Assembly (NCBI GenBank): GCA_950097015.1 | Contig: CATNEN010000037.1 | Coordinates: 682,001-746,000, forward strand | Source: Macrostomum hystrix | Lineage: Eukaryota > Animalia > Platyhelminthes | Direction: 5' to 3' | DNA length: 64,000 bases | Shown here: positions 25,409 through 38,260 of the stretch, piece by piece | Layout of the letters: the number at the start of each line of letters is the position of its first letter | How positions within the stretch are numbered: the stretch's first letter is position 1 | Program-made: the position numbers and the translations under genes | Notes under the pieces: generated by a model | Databases searched by the model: none | What the model was told of the DNA's origin: nothing | Seen by the model: only the letters and a program-made list of their open reading frames with translations

Positions 25409-25603
25409 ATAATACGCGAGAATGAATTTCCCAACTGTCTCTAAGCGCCGATATCGACGCCTCCGGTCCTTAAAGCTGAGCCATCGTGTCATTCTAACTT
25501 CTCGGAGCTAGACTTAACTGTAAATTATTGAATTGACTACTAATCCAAAAACTGATTATATTGTACAATCTACTTGCGCAAGGTTTACAAAATTCATCAC
25601 ACT

Positions 25604-25845
25604 CCCTGCCCCACCTCAAACCCCTGCCCCACCTCAAACCCCTGCCCCACCTCAAACCCCTGCCCCACCTCAACCCCTGCCCCACCTCAAACCCCTGCCC
25701 CACCTCAAACCCCTGCCCCACCTCAAACCCCTGCCCCACCTCAAACCCCTGCCCCACCTCAACCCCTGCCCCACCTCAAACCCCTGCCCCACCTCAACCC
25801 CTGCCCCACCTCAAACCCCTGCCCCACCTCAACCCCTGCCCCGCC
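25604..25845 (+). repeat. 17/18-bp C-rich minisatellite CCCCTGCCCCACCTCAA(A)
   Basis: Tandem copies. Confidence 0.95.
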
Positions 25846-26454
25846 TCACTCCTGGCGCAATCTTACTCTCGGCCCCACCTAACTCCGTCATGGTTCTCTG
25901 CACAGTCATACGAGAGTTATTTGTAACAAAGCCCTGCCATGTCCCAATCGTCTCTAAACCCTTGCACAACATCTTGCCACTGCTAAAATGAGATCCCTCT
26001 ATCGAACAAATTCTTACAATTAAGAAACGAATCCTTGTTTTTATCCTTGTTTTTTTGCCTATTAAAATGGGATTATGTTTTCTGTCTCATCCCAACTATC
26101 GGATTATTTTGCAATTTTGTCGCAGAAGCATTAATTTTTTATTTGCATTCATTTGCAATCGGTTCAGCAGCGAAGCTTTTGTTTATTTGCCTTGTTCAAT
26201 TACAAGCATAATTTTACTTTTAACTTGTCCAGCCTCTCCAGCTTCTATGCAACTGGTCGTCAATCGCGCCATACCTATTTATTGCATATTCTTACTACAC
26301 AGAAATACACTCTCTAACAATTTAACGAACAAGATTCGAACTACATAAAATGAAAAACATTAATAGAAACAAAGCTAGCTATTTCAAATCTCTAATCTGT
26401 GATTACGCTCGTAATCTAACTACTCCCAGCCAAATGTCACACATTGTTTTAAAT

Positions 26455-27155
26455 CACCCCGCCCCACCTCATTCCCTGCACCACCTCATTCCCTGCCCCA
26501 CCTCATTCCCTGCCCCACCTCATTCCCTGCCCCACCTCATTCCCTGCCCCACCTCATTCCCTGCCCCACCTCATTCCCTGCCCCACCTCATTCCATGCCC
26601 CACCTCATTCCCTGCCCCACGTCACTCCCTGCCCCACGTCACTCCCTGCCCCACCTCACTCCCTGACACACCTCATTCCCTGCCCCACGTCACTCCCTGA
26701 CACACCTCATTCCCTGCCCCACGTCACTCCCTGACACACCTCATTCCCTGCCCCACCTCACTCACTGACACACCTCATTCCCTGCTCCACGTCACTCACT
26801 GACACACCTCACCCCCTGCCCCACGTCACTCCCTGACACACCTCATTCCCTGCCCCACCTCACTCACTGACACACCTCATTCCCTGCCCCACCTCACTCC
26901 CTGAAACACCTCACTCCCTTCCCCACCTCACTCCCTGAAACACCTCACTCCCTGCCCCACCTCACTCCCTGACCCACCTCATTCCCTGACTTACGTCACT
27001 CCCTCCCCACCTCACTGCCTGCCCTTTCTCACTACCTGCCCCACCTAACTCCCCGACCCACCTCACTCCCTGCTCTGCATGACTTGCTGCCTCAACTCAT
27101 TCACTGCTCCACCTCACTCCTTACCCCACCTCACTCCCTGCTCAACCTCACTCCT
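26455..27155 (+). repeat. 17-bp minisatellite CCCTGCCCCACCTCATT/CACT, degenerating rightward
   Basis: Tandem copies sharing a core with the 25604 array. Confidence 0.93.
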
Positions 27156-27779
27156 TCTCGTACTTCTTTAATTTGTGGCGCTTGCATACGAAATACAGGA
27201 AATATACTAAAATTTACTCGGCCATACCATCAACTGCCTTCACCTGAACCCTTGAGCTCGCTCAATTAAGCTTCCTATAATTTTTTTCGTCTTGTCCTAC
27301 TCTCGCCTTGAAAGAGAAAGAAATTAAATTAGATTTCTCCCATTTTTAATGGGACCCGCCGCCTTGGGGGATAAAAAGGGGAGAAGAAGATTAAACGAGC
27401 GAAGCGGACTGAGAGAACGATTCAGCCGGCGATAACGAGCTGAAAATGAAGGCCTTCTCACTATTAGCAGACCTGCAGTCTTTCGCTGCATTTTTAAAGT
27501 CTCTGGGTCGACTCTACTCAGCCTGCCGGCCCAGTCAAAGCTGAGTAATGAAAAAAAGCGAAGCCTGCCTCACTAATGGGGTCGCGGACCGTCCTCGCAT
27601 CCTGCTCCACTGTGCTCACCTGAGCACCAATACTATTCCTAATTGACTTCGAGTAGACAAGCTTTGAAGAAGTCAAAGTAGTTCGGACGACACGCGAGGT
27701 GCTCTGTGCCGAACCCACTGCTCCGTGTTTGTCTACTCCCAGCATGCATCTCTTATTCGAACACTCTTACTCACCGTTC

Positions 27780-28125
27780 CTCTCATTTGTTCCCCTTAAC
27801 TCTGCTCCCCCTGCCACTGTTTTCTCCCCTACTGTTTTCTGTCCTCCTGTTCTCTTCTTCTCTTCTCCCCCTGTTCTCCTCTTCCCCTGTTCCCCTCTCC
27901 CCTGTTCCCATCTCCCCCTGTTTCACTCTTCCCCTGTTCCTCTCTCCCCTGTTCCCCTCTCACCTGTTCCCATCTCCCCCTGTTTCCCTCTTCCCCTGAT
28001 ACCCTCTCCCCTGTTCCCCTCTCCCCCCTGTTCCCCTCTCCCATGTTCCCCTCTCCCCCTGTTCCCCTCTCCCCTGTTCCCATCTCCCCCTGTTCCCCTC
28101 TCTCCCTGTCCCCTCTACAACTGTT
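27780..28125 (+). repeat. Polypyrimidine minisatellite (CCCCTGTTCCCCTCT-like)
   Basis: Low-complexity tandem. Confidence 0.9.
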
Positions 28126-29699
28126 TTCTCTCCCACCGTTTTGTTACCGACTTTTCTCCTCTACTCTGCTCCCCTCTCGCCCGATCCCCCCTTCACTCTA
28201 CCAAGTTGTGGTTGTCAAATCGTCTGATTAATAAAAATAGAGTTCATGTTCTTCTGTTAACATTTGCTCGGCTAAGTCGTCAATGTTACCAACAGATTTA
28301 TCCTGTCAATCAAAGTCAAGTCGTGCATCTGATTTAATTTAATTGGCCAAATTTTGAACGAATCTGTCTCACATTGGTTCACATTAGGCCGAGAAACTCA
28401 TTCAAGGCTATGTGGACCAGCTGATTGTGTCTTTGATTTGACTTCAATGCGGGACCAATCCAGAAATTTTATTAACACAGCCGGGGCACAATGGCCCGGC
28501 TTGTCCCTTCCTGTCCGCTGACCTGCGGTGGAGAAAGGCGGATGCGGGAACACGAAAATGGTCGGTCACTTTTATGCTAATTTCTGGACCGGGCCCCTGA
28601 CCTGATCACAATGTCCAACGTCCAGCGCGAATTAAAAAACGATGACTATTTATTTATTTTATTTATCTATTTATCTATTCATTTTTATTTCTCTCTAACT
28701 GAGGCGTATAAGATCGATTAATCGACAAAAATACTTACGAAATGATTAGATGACGAGGGATTTCAGCCCCTTATTCAGTGCATACTTACTCGTACCGTTT
28801 ACCGAATCAAGAGATTTCTCATCGTCTAGAAATGATTTTTACTCCAAAAACGCCTGATTTCCTTTCTATCGCACAGGTTGGCTCTTGTTTATTAATCCCT
28901 ATATTATTAGGAAGTGCGATCAATAGCTGTGGCATGGGGAATTGTCAATCTGGCGAAATCCCACCACTCTAGTCGATATTTATTGCCAATCATGGCGCGC
29001 GTGCGTCAGATAGAAAATAATGATGAGGATTTGGCTGAACGCATTAAACAAATTGCTCATTTTCTGCTTCAAAGTCTCCAAAGCAATTTCTAATCTCAAT
29101 TTGACGGCGGTGGAGGGGACTTCTCAAGCCTGCCTGGGCGTGGCACAACTCTAATGGGATTCAACCAGAGCTTCCCCTTTAGTTCCCAAAGCAAGCTTTC
29201 AGCTTGTCAATCAATAGGTAGGTCCCCTCTCCGCTGTTTCTTCCGCAATAGAAAGCAGGCAAAAGGTTGTGACAGGTTTCAAATGCACTGCTCCGCTTTT
29301 GTATCGTCTTTTTTAAACGCAAGAAAAACTGTTGTTGTGATAAGGATTTCTTGTCAGAGTCAGACCCTCTGTCAGAGTGCAGCAGCATTCAAATGGGACT
29401 GCTGTGCTCAAATATGTGCTCAGGAGATATTTTAGAGCAAAGGTGAAACTGCTGCAATGAGGCGGCATTTCACATCGCTGCTCTTGAAAATTCTCTTTTG
29501 TACGGAGCAAAACAGAAATTGCTGAGGTCTATGCTAGAGAGCAATGGCGAGATGCAAGGTGAATGACTGCCAACTGGAGTCGGCTATGTCAAACTGAAGG
29601 AGCTGCTGTTTACTGAGCTGTCTGATCCAGAGAGTTCGACGAGACAAAAGTCCCCTTTAGCTGATAAGATCGACCAAACAATAAGGGATAAGAATAAGT

Positions 29700-32530
29700 T
29701 GCCGATGACAAAAGTGGCTCAGGATAAGAATATATGTTTTAGGTCAACAATAAGTGTCTTTGAACAATGATACGCGTCTAAGGACAAGAAAAAGTGTCCA
29801 AGGACAAGAAAATGTGTCTGAGGTCAAGAATAAGTGTCTAATGACAAGGATAAGTACCTGAGGACAAGAATAACCGGCTGAGGACAAGGATAAGTGTCTA
29901 AGGACAATAATAAGTGTTTAATGACCAGAATAAGTGTTTAATAACCAGAATAAGTGTTTAATAACCAGAATAAGTGTTTAATGACCAGAATAAGTGTTTA
30001 ATGACCAGAATAAGTGTTTAATGACCAGAATAAGTGTTTAATAACCAGAATAAGTGTTTAATGACCAGAATAAGTGTTTAATGACCAGAATAAGTGTTTA
30101 ATGACCAGAATAAGTGTTTAATAACCAGAATAAGTGTTTAATGACCAGAATAAGTGTTTAATAACCAGAATAAGTGTTTAATAACCAGAATAAGTGTTTA
30201 ATAACCAGAATAAGTGTTTAATGACCAGAATAAGTGTTTAATAACCAGAATAAGTGTTTAATAACCAGAATAAGTGTTTAAGGACCAGAATAAGTGTTTA
30301 ATGACCAGAATAAGTGTTTAATGACCAGAATAAGTGTTTAATGACAAGAATAAGTATTTAATGACAAGAATAAGTGTTTAATGACAAGAAAAAGTGTCTA
30401 AGGACAATAATAAGTGTTTAATAACCAGAATAAGTGTTTAATGACAATAATAAGTGTTTAATGACAATAATAAGTGTTTAATGACAATAATAAGTGTTTA
30501 ATGACAATAATAAGTGTTTAATGACCAGAATAAGTGTTTAATGACAAGAAAAAGTGTTTAATGACCAGAATAAGTGTTTAATGACCAGAATAAGTGTTTA
30601 ATGACAAGAATAAGTGTTTAATGACCAGAATAAGTGTTTAATGACAAGAATAAGTGTTTAATGACCAGAATAAGTGTTTAATGACAAGAAAAAGTGTTTA
30701 ATGACCAGAATAAGTGTTTAATGACCAGAATAAGTGTTTAATGACAAGAATAAGTGTTTAATGACCAGAATAAGTGTTTAATGACAAGAATAAGTGTTTA
30801 ATGACCAGAATAAGTGTTTAATGACAAGAAAAAGTGTTTAATGACCAGAATAAGTGTTTAATGACCAGAATAAGTGTTTAATGACAATAATAAGTGTTTA
30901 ATAACCAGAATAAGTGTTTAATGACAATAATACGTGTTTAATGACCAGAATAAGTGTTTAATGACAAGAAAAAGTGTTTAATGACCAGAATAAGTGTTTA
31001 ATGACCAGAATAAGTGTTTAATGACCAGAATAAGTGTTTAATGACCAGAATAAGTGTTTAATGACAAGAAAAGTGTTTAATGACCAGAATAAGTGTTTAA
31101 TGACCAGAATAAGTGTTTAATGACAAGAATAAGTGTTTAATGACCAGAATAAGTGTTTAATGACAAGAATAAGTGTTTAATGACCAGAATAAGTGTTTAA
31201 TGACAAGAAAAAGTGTTTAATGACCAGAATAAGTGTTTAATGACCAGAATAAGTGTTTAATGACAATAATAAGTGTTTAATGACCAGAATAAGTGTTTAA
31301 TGACAAGAAAAGTGTTTAATGACCAGAATAAGTGTTTAATGACCAGAATAAGTGTTTAATGACCAGAATAAGTGTTTAATGACCAGAATAAGTGTTTAAT
31401 GACCAGAATAAGTGTTTAATAACCAGAATAAGTGTTTAATGACCAGAATAAGTGTTTAATAACCAGAATAAGTGTTTAATAACCAGAATAAGTGTTTAAT
31501 AACCAGAATAAGTGTTTAATGACCAGAATAAGTGTTTAATAACCAGAATAAGTGTTTAATAACCAGAATAAGTGTTTAAGGACCAGAATAAGTGTTTAAT
31601 GACCAGAATAAGTGTTTAATGACCAGAATAAGTGTTTAATGACAAGAATAAGTATTTAATGACAAGAATAAGTGTTTAATGACAAGAAAAAGTGTCTAAG
31701 GACAATAATAAGTGTTTAATAACCAGAATAAGTGTTTAATGACAATAATAAGTGTTTAATGACAATAATAAGTGTTTAATGACAATAATAAGTGTTTAAT
31801 GACAATAATAAGTGTTTAATGACCAGAATAAGTGTTTAATGACAATAATAAGTGTTTAATGACAATAATAAGTGTTTAATGACAATAATAAGTGTTTAAT
31901 GACCAGAATAAGTGTTTAATGACAAGAATAAGTGTTTAATGACCAGAATAAGTGTTTAATGACAAGAAAAAGTGTTTAATGACCAGAATAAGTGTTTAAT
32001 GACCAGAATAAGTGTTTAATGACAAGAATAAGTGTTTAATGACCAGAATAAGTGTTTAATGACAAGAATAAGTGTTTAATGACCAGAATAAGTGTTTAAT
32101 GACAAGAAAAAGTGTTTAATGACCAAAATAAGTGTTTAGTGACCAGAATAAGTGTTTAATGACAATAATAAGTGTTTAATAACCAGAATAAGTGTTTAAT
32201 GACAATAATACGTATTTAATGTCCAGAAAAAGTGTCTAAGGACAAGAAAAAGTGTCTGAGGACAAGAATATGTGTTTAATGTCCAGAAAAAGTGTCTCAG
32301 GACAAGAATACGCTAGTATGTGTTTAATGACCAGAACACGTGCTTGCGGACAAAAGGCGTCTCAGGTCAAGAATAAGCGTTTGAGGACAAAATTGTTAGA
32401 GGACAAGAATCTGTTTTAGGTCAAGAACAAGTGTCTAATAACAAGGATAAGTATCTGAGGGCAAGAATAACCGGCTGAGGACAAGGATATGTTCCTGAGA
32501 AAAGGTTATATGACTCAGGACAAGAATAAG
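29700..32530 (+). repeat. 20-bp satellite AATAAGTGTTTAATGACCAG (homogeneous core about 29905-32220, degenerate flanks)
   Basis: Tandem periodicity of 20. Confidence 0.97.
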
Positions 32531-33772
32531 TATATTTCTTTTCTGTCTACTATGAAAAGAGGTCAAGTGTGAGTCCCCTTGTCCCAACTCTTTCGAGCTA
32601 CAGACGGACAGATGCTCAACATTATTAGCTGATACGGCGAAGTTCTGTTGGTGCTTCTTCTCGTGCTTCTCTGTGCTTTGATCTCATCACGAAGGCGCCA
32701 ACGCAGTGTAATTAAAATCGATTTCCAATGCGATCGACAGCCCTCAGAGCAGAATAGTTGTTTGTCGAACTTTGACACGATCTCGTCAAATCAGCCATGC
32801 GGCCGTGATAAAGTTGCTGGCTGGTCTCAATTGGAATTGAATGAAACTGCAGACCACAGTGTTAATGCTGCAGACTAGCGGTGAGCTATAATATGAGTGC
32901 AGCATGAGATGCTTGAGTAGCAGTGACACCCAGAACCTGCTATAATTATCGAACGCGCTAAAGCCTCGGACTTTGCCAGCGCTGCTGTTGTGCCGTCGGC
33001 GGGGGGATCAGAGAGAAGCATTGATCGATGACGGAGCCAAGGGAGGGCCGCTGCAAGATTAATGACTCAACGGCTGCAGTCATGTCCTCGGCGGCCTACA
33101 CCGGCTTCTAGTCCACCCCTCTGTCGGATAAACTCTAGCAGCTATGCATTATTCAGCCAGTGAGACAGCATCCGACTGTAATCCTCCTTGGGATCTAGAG
33201 AAATCCCATGTGCGCATCCTGTTCTCATTCGATTGTCCCCTAAAGCTCTCCCTCCGTGCCAGTCATTGTCGGAGTTCAACCGATAATCCTGAATAAATAG
33301 ATAAATTTGCTTTAAAGCAGCGTGCCTTAAATACCAAATGCTGAGCTGTATGGGACAGATTCGATATTTGAGTTGCTTGTCAAAACTGATTTAATTTGAT
33401 CTGACGATTCTGATATAGGATGATGAGTTTGAACTGTTTCTTAGAAAACTTTTACATTTTGTTTCACCGTATCCGCTTGTTTTGTTTTACTGGCGCGAAT
33501 ATTTTGTTTAAGTAATGCGAACCTTTTGTAAATAATAGCGAAGAGGAGAATGAAGTTTTGTACACCAGAAATATAATTATTATTATAATAATTGATTACA
33601 CCTGCTTCAATTGGGCCAGATGTTGCAGCCGACAGCACAGCAGCAGCTATTGCGCGGTGCATCTGAACGCTGCTGCGTACGGCTGTTCAGTCCATGGACT
33701 GGGGGACGCCACTCCCACCCTCAATTACCACAGCTAATGCTGGTACCCATTTAATAGCTGGGTGAACTTTAG

Positions 33773-33891
33773 AAATGCAGAGTTAAGTAAGTGTCTTGCT
33801 AAAGGACACAAGTTGTTACAGTGGAGTCGGGAATCGAACCCCCGACCTTCAAGTCGAGAGTCCGACGCTCTAATCACACGGCTACTACCAC
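33773..33891 (-). mobile_element. tRNA-derived SINE, family B, with CORE-like segment
   Basis: Minus strand GTGGTAGTAGCCGTGTGATTAGAGCGTCGGACTCTCGACTTGAAGGTCGGGGGTTCGATTCCCGACTCCAC is a tRNA-like head with imperfect stems. It is followed by TTGTGTCCTTTAGCAAGACACTT..AACTCTGCATT. A second copy lies at 62524-62606. Confidence 0.7.
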
Positions 33892-33934
33892 ACGAAAGAT
33901 AAGACAAGGAGAGTCAACTGTCGCTTGTATGCTG

Positions 33935-34235
33935 CCCGGAGTGAGGTGGGTAGATGCTGGGAGTGAGGTGGGTAGCTGCCTGGAGTGAGGTGGGTAGCTG
34001 CTGGGAGTGAGGTGGGTAGATGCTGGGAGTGAGGTGGGTAGCTGCGGGAGTGAGGTGGGTAGCTGCTGGGAGTGAGGAGGGTAGATGCTGGGAGTGAGGT
34101 GGGTAGCTGCCGCAAATGATGTGGGTAGCTGACGGGAGTGAGTTTGGTAGCTGCTGGGAGTGAAGTTGGTAGCTGCTGGGAGTGAGGTGGGTAGCTGCGG
34201 GAGTGAGGTGGGTAGCTGCCTGGAGTGAGGTGGTT
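33935..34235 (+). repeat. Approximately 22-bp minisatellite GGGAGTGAGGTGGGTAGCTGCT
   Basis: Tandem copies; same family as 35105-35305. Confidence 0.93.
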
Positions 34236-35104
34236 GCACTGTTCTATAAAAGTGCACTGTCATTTGTAGAATTGTATCGTCAAATAACTCTACACATGCC
34301 CAACTATTTGTCGTAATGCCGCTAGAATTTTTCATTTTGTCGAAAGCACTTAAAAGCCTCACGTTGTCCTCGGCTCAATTCTTTATCCCTTTTAAAACTC
34401 ATAGCCTGATTGATAAGAAAATAATAGAGAAGATTCCCAAAGGACTTAGCTGGAACTTTGTTGCTTCTGTACGGGTGGGCTTATCTCAGTGGGGATTGGG
34501 GATTTTTACTGGATAAATCAGTCGCTTGATGATCAAAAGCGCTGATCTCAAAGGCATCTTCCTGTAAAACCGAGGCTAAAAGTTGCGGAACTGCACGAGC
34601 TCCCCCCCATACCTTTGCCCAGATGAGGCTTCAGGCTTTCTTGCCTCGCAAAATTTTGCCTCCCTAAAGCTCCAGTAATCCTATAGGAAATCGCTCCCCT
34701 CCACGACCGAATAGAAGGATTAGAGAGTTTTCGTTCAGTTGTAGTCGAGCTCATCCTTGAATTCCGTGGTGGGGAATCGGTCGCGTCTCTGCGGTACCGA
34801 CACCGGAGCTGCGTGAAGCGCTGACTTCAGAACCACAGAATTTCCTGTTGGTACTCAAGCCCTAGTCAGATTTCACAAGTTACGGTAGTTTCAGATATTT
34901 CTCATAGTTAACAAAACACTTAGAAGATATTCTAAGTGTCATTAAGTAACGGTCTACTGATGCGATACAGTCTACTCGTACATTTCCTGGTCCAGCAGTG
35001 TGCGAAAAAGAAAAGTAAAGTCACTTCGTAAATACTGCGTAATAATAAAAACGAATCATAGAGTCTAAACCTATATGGACGACAATTGAAGAAGGTGGCG
35101 GTAG

Positions 35105-35305
35105 TTGCCGGGAGTGAGGTGGGTATCTGCCGGGAGTGAGGTTGGTAGCTACCAGGAGTGAGGTTGGTAGCTACCAGGAGTGAGGTGGGTAGCTGCCGGG
35201 AGTGAGGTGGGTAGCTGCCGGGAGTGAGGTGGGTAGCTGCCGGGCTTGAGGTTGGTAGCTACCAGGAGTGAGGTGGGTAGCTGCCGGGAGTGAGGTTGGT
35301 AGCTG
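35105..35305 (+). repeat. 22-bp minisatellite GGGAGTGAGGTGGGTAGCTGCC
   Basis: Tandem copies. Confidence 0.93.
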
Positions 35306-35587
35306 GGCAATGTGAATAAGGTGATGAAAGGGGCAAACATTGACACTAAATATAATGTTTGGGCGGGTGTCTGTCGCGAAAAGGGAGGCCGTGAATTAAT
35401 AAATTGAATAGGAACATGCATGGAATCGCGAAGGCAAGAAACGGGGTGGCGATACATCTAACAGAGTCCGAAGTAATGGAGAATGTTTTTTTAAGTGGAG
35501 TCGGTAGAATAAAGATATTTAAACCTGCCATCAAGGCAAGAAGAAAATAAAGAAAACTAGGGGCTTCTCAAAGAGTAAAAAAGACCA

Positions 35588-38260
35588 CTAGAAGCCATCC
35601 AGGCTGATGCTAAATGTGTCCGACCAGCCCTCGATGAGGTCGCTCGCCCAAGCCAGCTCAGTCCACTCGCCGCCGCCATCGTCTTCGAAGCCAGCCGCGA
35701 AAATCCTGAGCCGCCGGCTCCAGACGATGGGCAGATTCAGCAGCTGGACTGGCCTCTGAAACTGCAGCCCCGGAGGTCCAACCAGCATCAGGGGCTGCAT
35801 CGGGGAGACTGCGAACTGCAAGTCGAACCCAGTCGCCGGTGAGGACGGCAGAGCCCCAGGCGGCAATTCGAGCACTGCTCCTGTCTCCGGGCAGATCAGC
35901 CGGCCGCCCGCTGCGCTGAAATGGCCTCGAACACTCTGAGCGCACAACTGGCGAAGCGCGTCCGGCGACAGCTCGTCCGCGTCCTCGTAGCCGTTTTTGT
36001 CGTTGCTGAACTTCTCTGCTGGGCTAAGTGGCTCAGCAACAGTGCATAGGCGCAGCCGCGCCTCGGCCTCCTCTTTGAAGTGGGCGGGCGGCAGGTCCAG
36101 GCCGGCACTCGGGAACAGCTGCATTAGGCCTTCTCGGTGTGAAGGTGGAAAACTTTTGCAGTGTGCCGCAGTCTACTATTAGTAGCAAAATGGAGCAATG
36201 GCAAAGATAGATCAAAGCAGTGCCAAATTCGCATTCCCAGTCTAAAAATCCACAACTCACCCAGCTCCATCGCCCGATGCTCATCCCCATTGCCCTTGAG
36301 GCAGCCGTCGGCATCATCCATCGTCGGCGCCACTGGCAGCCAGACAGGCTCCTGACGACATCGCTTCACTGCGGCGATGACACCCGCAAGCAGCCTGGCG
36401 GCGTCAACTTGAGGCTGACGTCGCCGGCCTCCGAGTGATACAACGGCGTTCAGGCGTCCCAGCTGGCGCAATTCACGCCAGCGCTTCTTGCCTGCGCTGA
36501 CGTAGATGACAATTGGCGTGCGAGCCATCGGATTCGCTTCGGCCGTTGCGACAGCTTCAGCCTGCGAGATCAGGTAAAACTCGGCACCAGGCAGCACCGA
36601 TCGAGCCTGCAGGCCGGGCTGAACTAGCGGTGCCAGCGGGCCTAGCAGCAGCATGGGCGACGGGCTGGAATCTGCTCGACCGAGCGCTACGCGGATGTAA
36701 GCTGGAGGTTGACGGCCCGTAAGCATCGCCAGCTGGTCGGCGCGGGCTGCGCTGGGAACAAGGCCGTGCTCCGGAGGCGCCAGCGGCGCCACAGCAGGAT
36801 GAAGCCGCGTAGCCTGCCAGGCGCCCAGTCGTCCGTCAGCCAGAGTGTCGTCGATGCGCAGTATGTCACCGGCGCGAACTTCCAGACCGTCGCATGTCTG
36901 CGGCAGGTCGAATCTAACGCACACGTGAAATAAATCGCCAGGAATCTCACCGGAGATCAGTCGAGAGAAGCCGACGGGGTCTGCGGTCACCGTTGCCTGG
37001 ACGGCAGATCCACCGGACATCAGTGCTAGCAGGGCGGCCTCCTTCGTGCCCGATGGTCCATCCAGCCGGACTCCACCAGCCGACAATAATCGGTCGCCGC
37101 CTCGAATCCCGGCATTGTAGCCCGGACGTCCTGGCACGGCGTCATCCACGAATACGCCCGAGGCGTTGCCACCGACAAGCCGCAGACCGAGGCCGCCATC
37201 AGGCCCTGGCCGTATGAGAACCGTCCGAGCTGCTGGTGTAGATTGCGAGCGTGCAAGGTCGAGCCGCAGCTCACGCGCCGACCCGAGGTGGCGAATGAGC
37301 CGCTCCGGTGTGGCCGCCGACGCCGAGACGCCGTCGATGCTTTTAACGGTCACTGGCGGAAGCGTTATCGAAGCGGAGCCGAAGGATTTCGTTCGTCGAC
37401 GTTGTTGCTGGACGACGGTGAAGGTCGCCTCTGCAGTGGCCAGCGTCCTCGTTGATATCGTCGCAGATCGCCGGCGTCGCTCAATTGTCAGCCTCGCAGT
37501 CGGTGGCGAGCGTAACAATTCACGAATCAGCATCTCGTCTGGTCGCCGATGTCCAATGATCATTGGAATGTCAAAGCCGTTGCAGGCGATGATGCGGTCC
37601 AGTGTTTGAAGGCGACCTTCTGCAGGACCGCCTTCAAGCACGTGGCTCACTACGACTACTCTGCAACCTTCGGCTGTCTCGTGCGGAAGTGCGACAACCT
37701 CGAAGCCGTATCCGAAGCCTGGCTGGCGCGTGACGCTTACTTCGGACTGGCACTATGCGTATGAGGGAAATGTTTTGCTTTAAAAATCATCATTCGGGTA
37801 CTTAGCCCTGGCAACTATAAATTACTAAATGTGGCCTCTCTGCGGAGAACAACAAAAGGTATCTCATACATGTACCCATTAAGAGTGACCTCTGATGATT
37901 CGGCCAAAAAAGAGTATAATAATCATTTCTCACCGAATCCATTTGAGCTGGTTGTATCCACGACTTTTAGCGGCCTGTTTAAAAAAATTGACAAGAAACT
38001 ATCTATTAACTCTTGAATAGTCTTAAATTGTTTAGCTCGGCAACAGGGAGTCGATAAGAAAAGTTGCACGGACGTAAAACCGCTGAAGAATGGGTCCGCT
38101 TCTCCGTCTGTCTCTCGTGCTATCGATTTTTAACTCACAATGGGTGAATTTCGTGGACCACAAGCTATTGGTAGACTGAATGCTTGGCATAAGGCACACT
38201 TACAATAAGTTCTGGGTGGCTATTGCAGGTGGCCATATCTTCTGCTCCGAAATCTGCCAT
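35588..38260 (-). CDS. Divergent compact ZO-1/Polychaetoid-like MAGUK (PDZ1, degenerate PDZ2, PDZ3, SH3, reduced GK, ZU5), about 696 aa; exons 38260-38204, 37752-36261, 36129(or 36132)-35588
   Basis: PDZ1: VSVTRQPGFGYGF..VSHVLEGGPAEGRLQTLDRI. PDZ3: GGLGLRLVGGNASGVFV..GIRGGDRLL. SH3: GDLFHVCVRFD..GDILRIDDTLADGRLGAW..GLVPSAARADQLA. GK start: PAYIRVAL..LLGPLA. ZU5: RGHFSAAGGRL..TGAVLELPPGAL..VGPPGLQFQRPVQL, ending SISLDGF (ZO-1 ends SVLIDHF). Exon 1 MADFGAEDMATCNSHPELI|gtaagt joins exon 2 in phase 0. Confidence 0.85.

Noticed and set aside
32648-32878. Signal-peptide-like ORF (VLLLVLLCALISS...)
   Set aside because: No ATG, an in-frame stop just upstream, and no convincing splice context.
33821-33891. 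Functional tRNA-Glu(CTC)
   Set aside because: The acceptor, D and anticodon stems have mismatches, and it continues into a SINE body that has a second copy.
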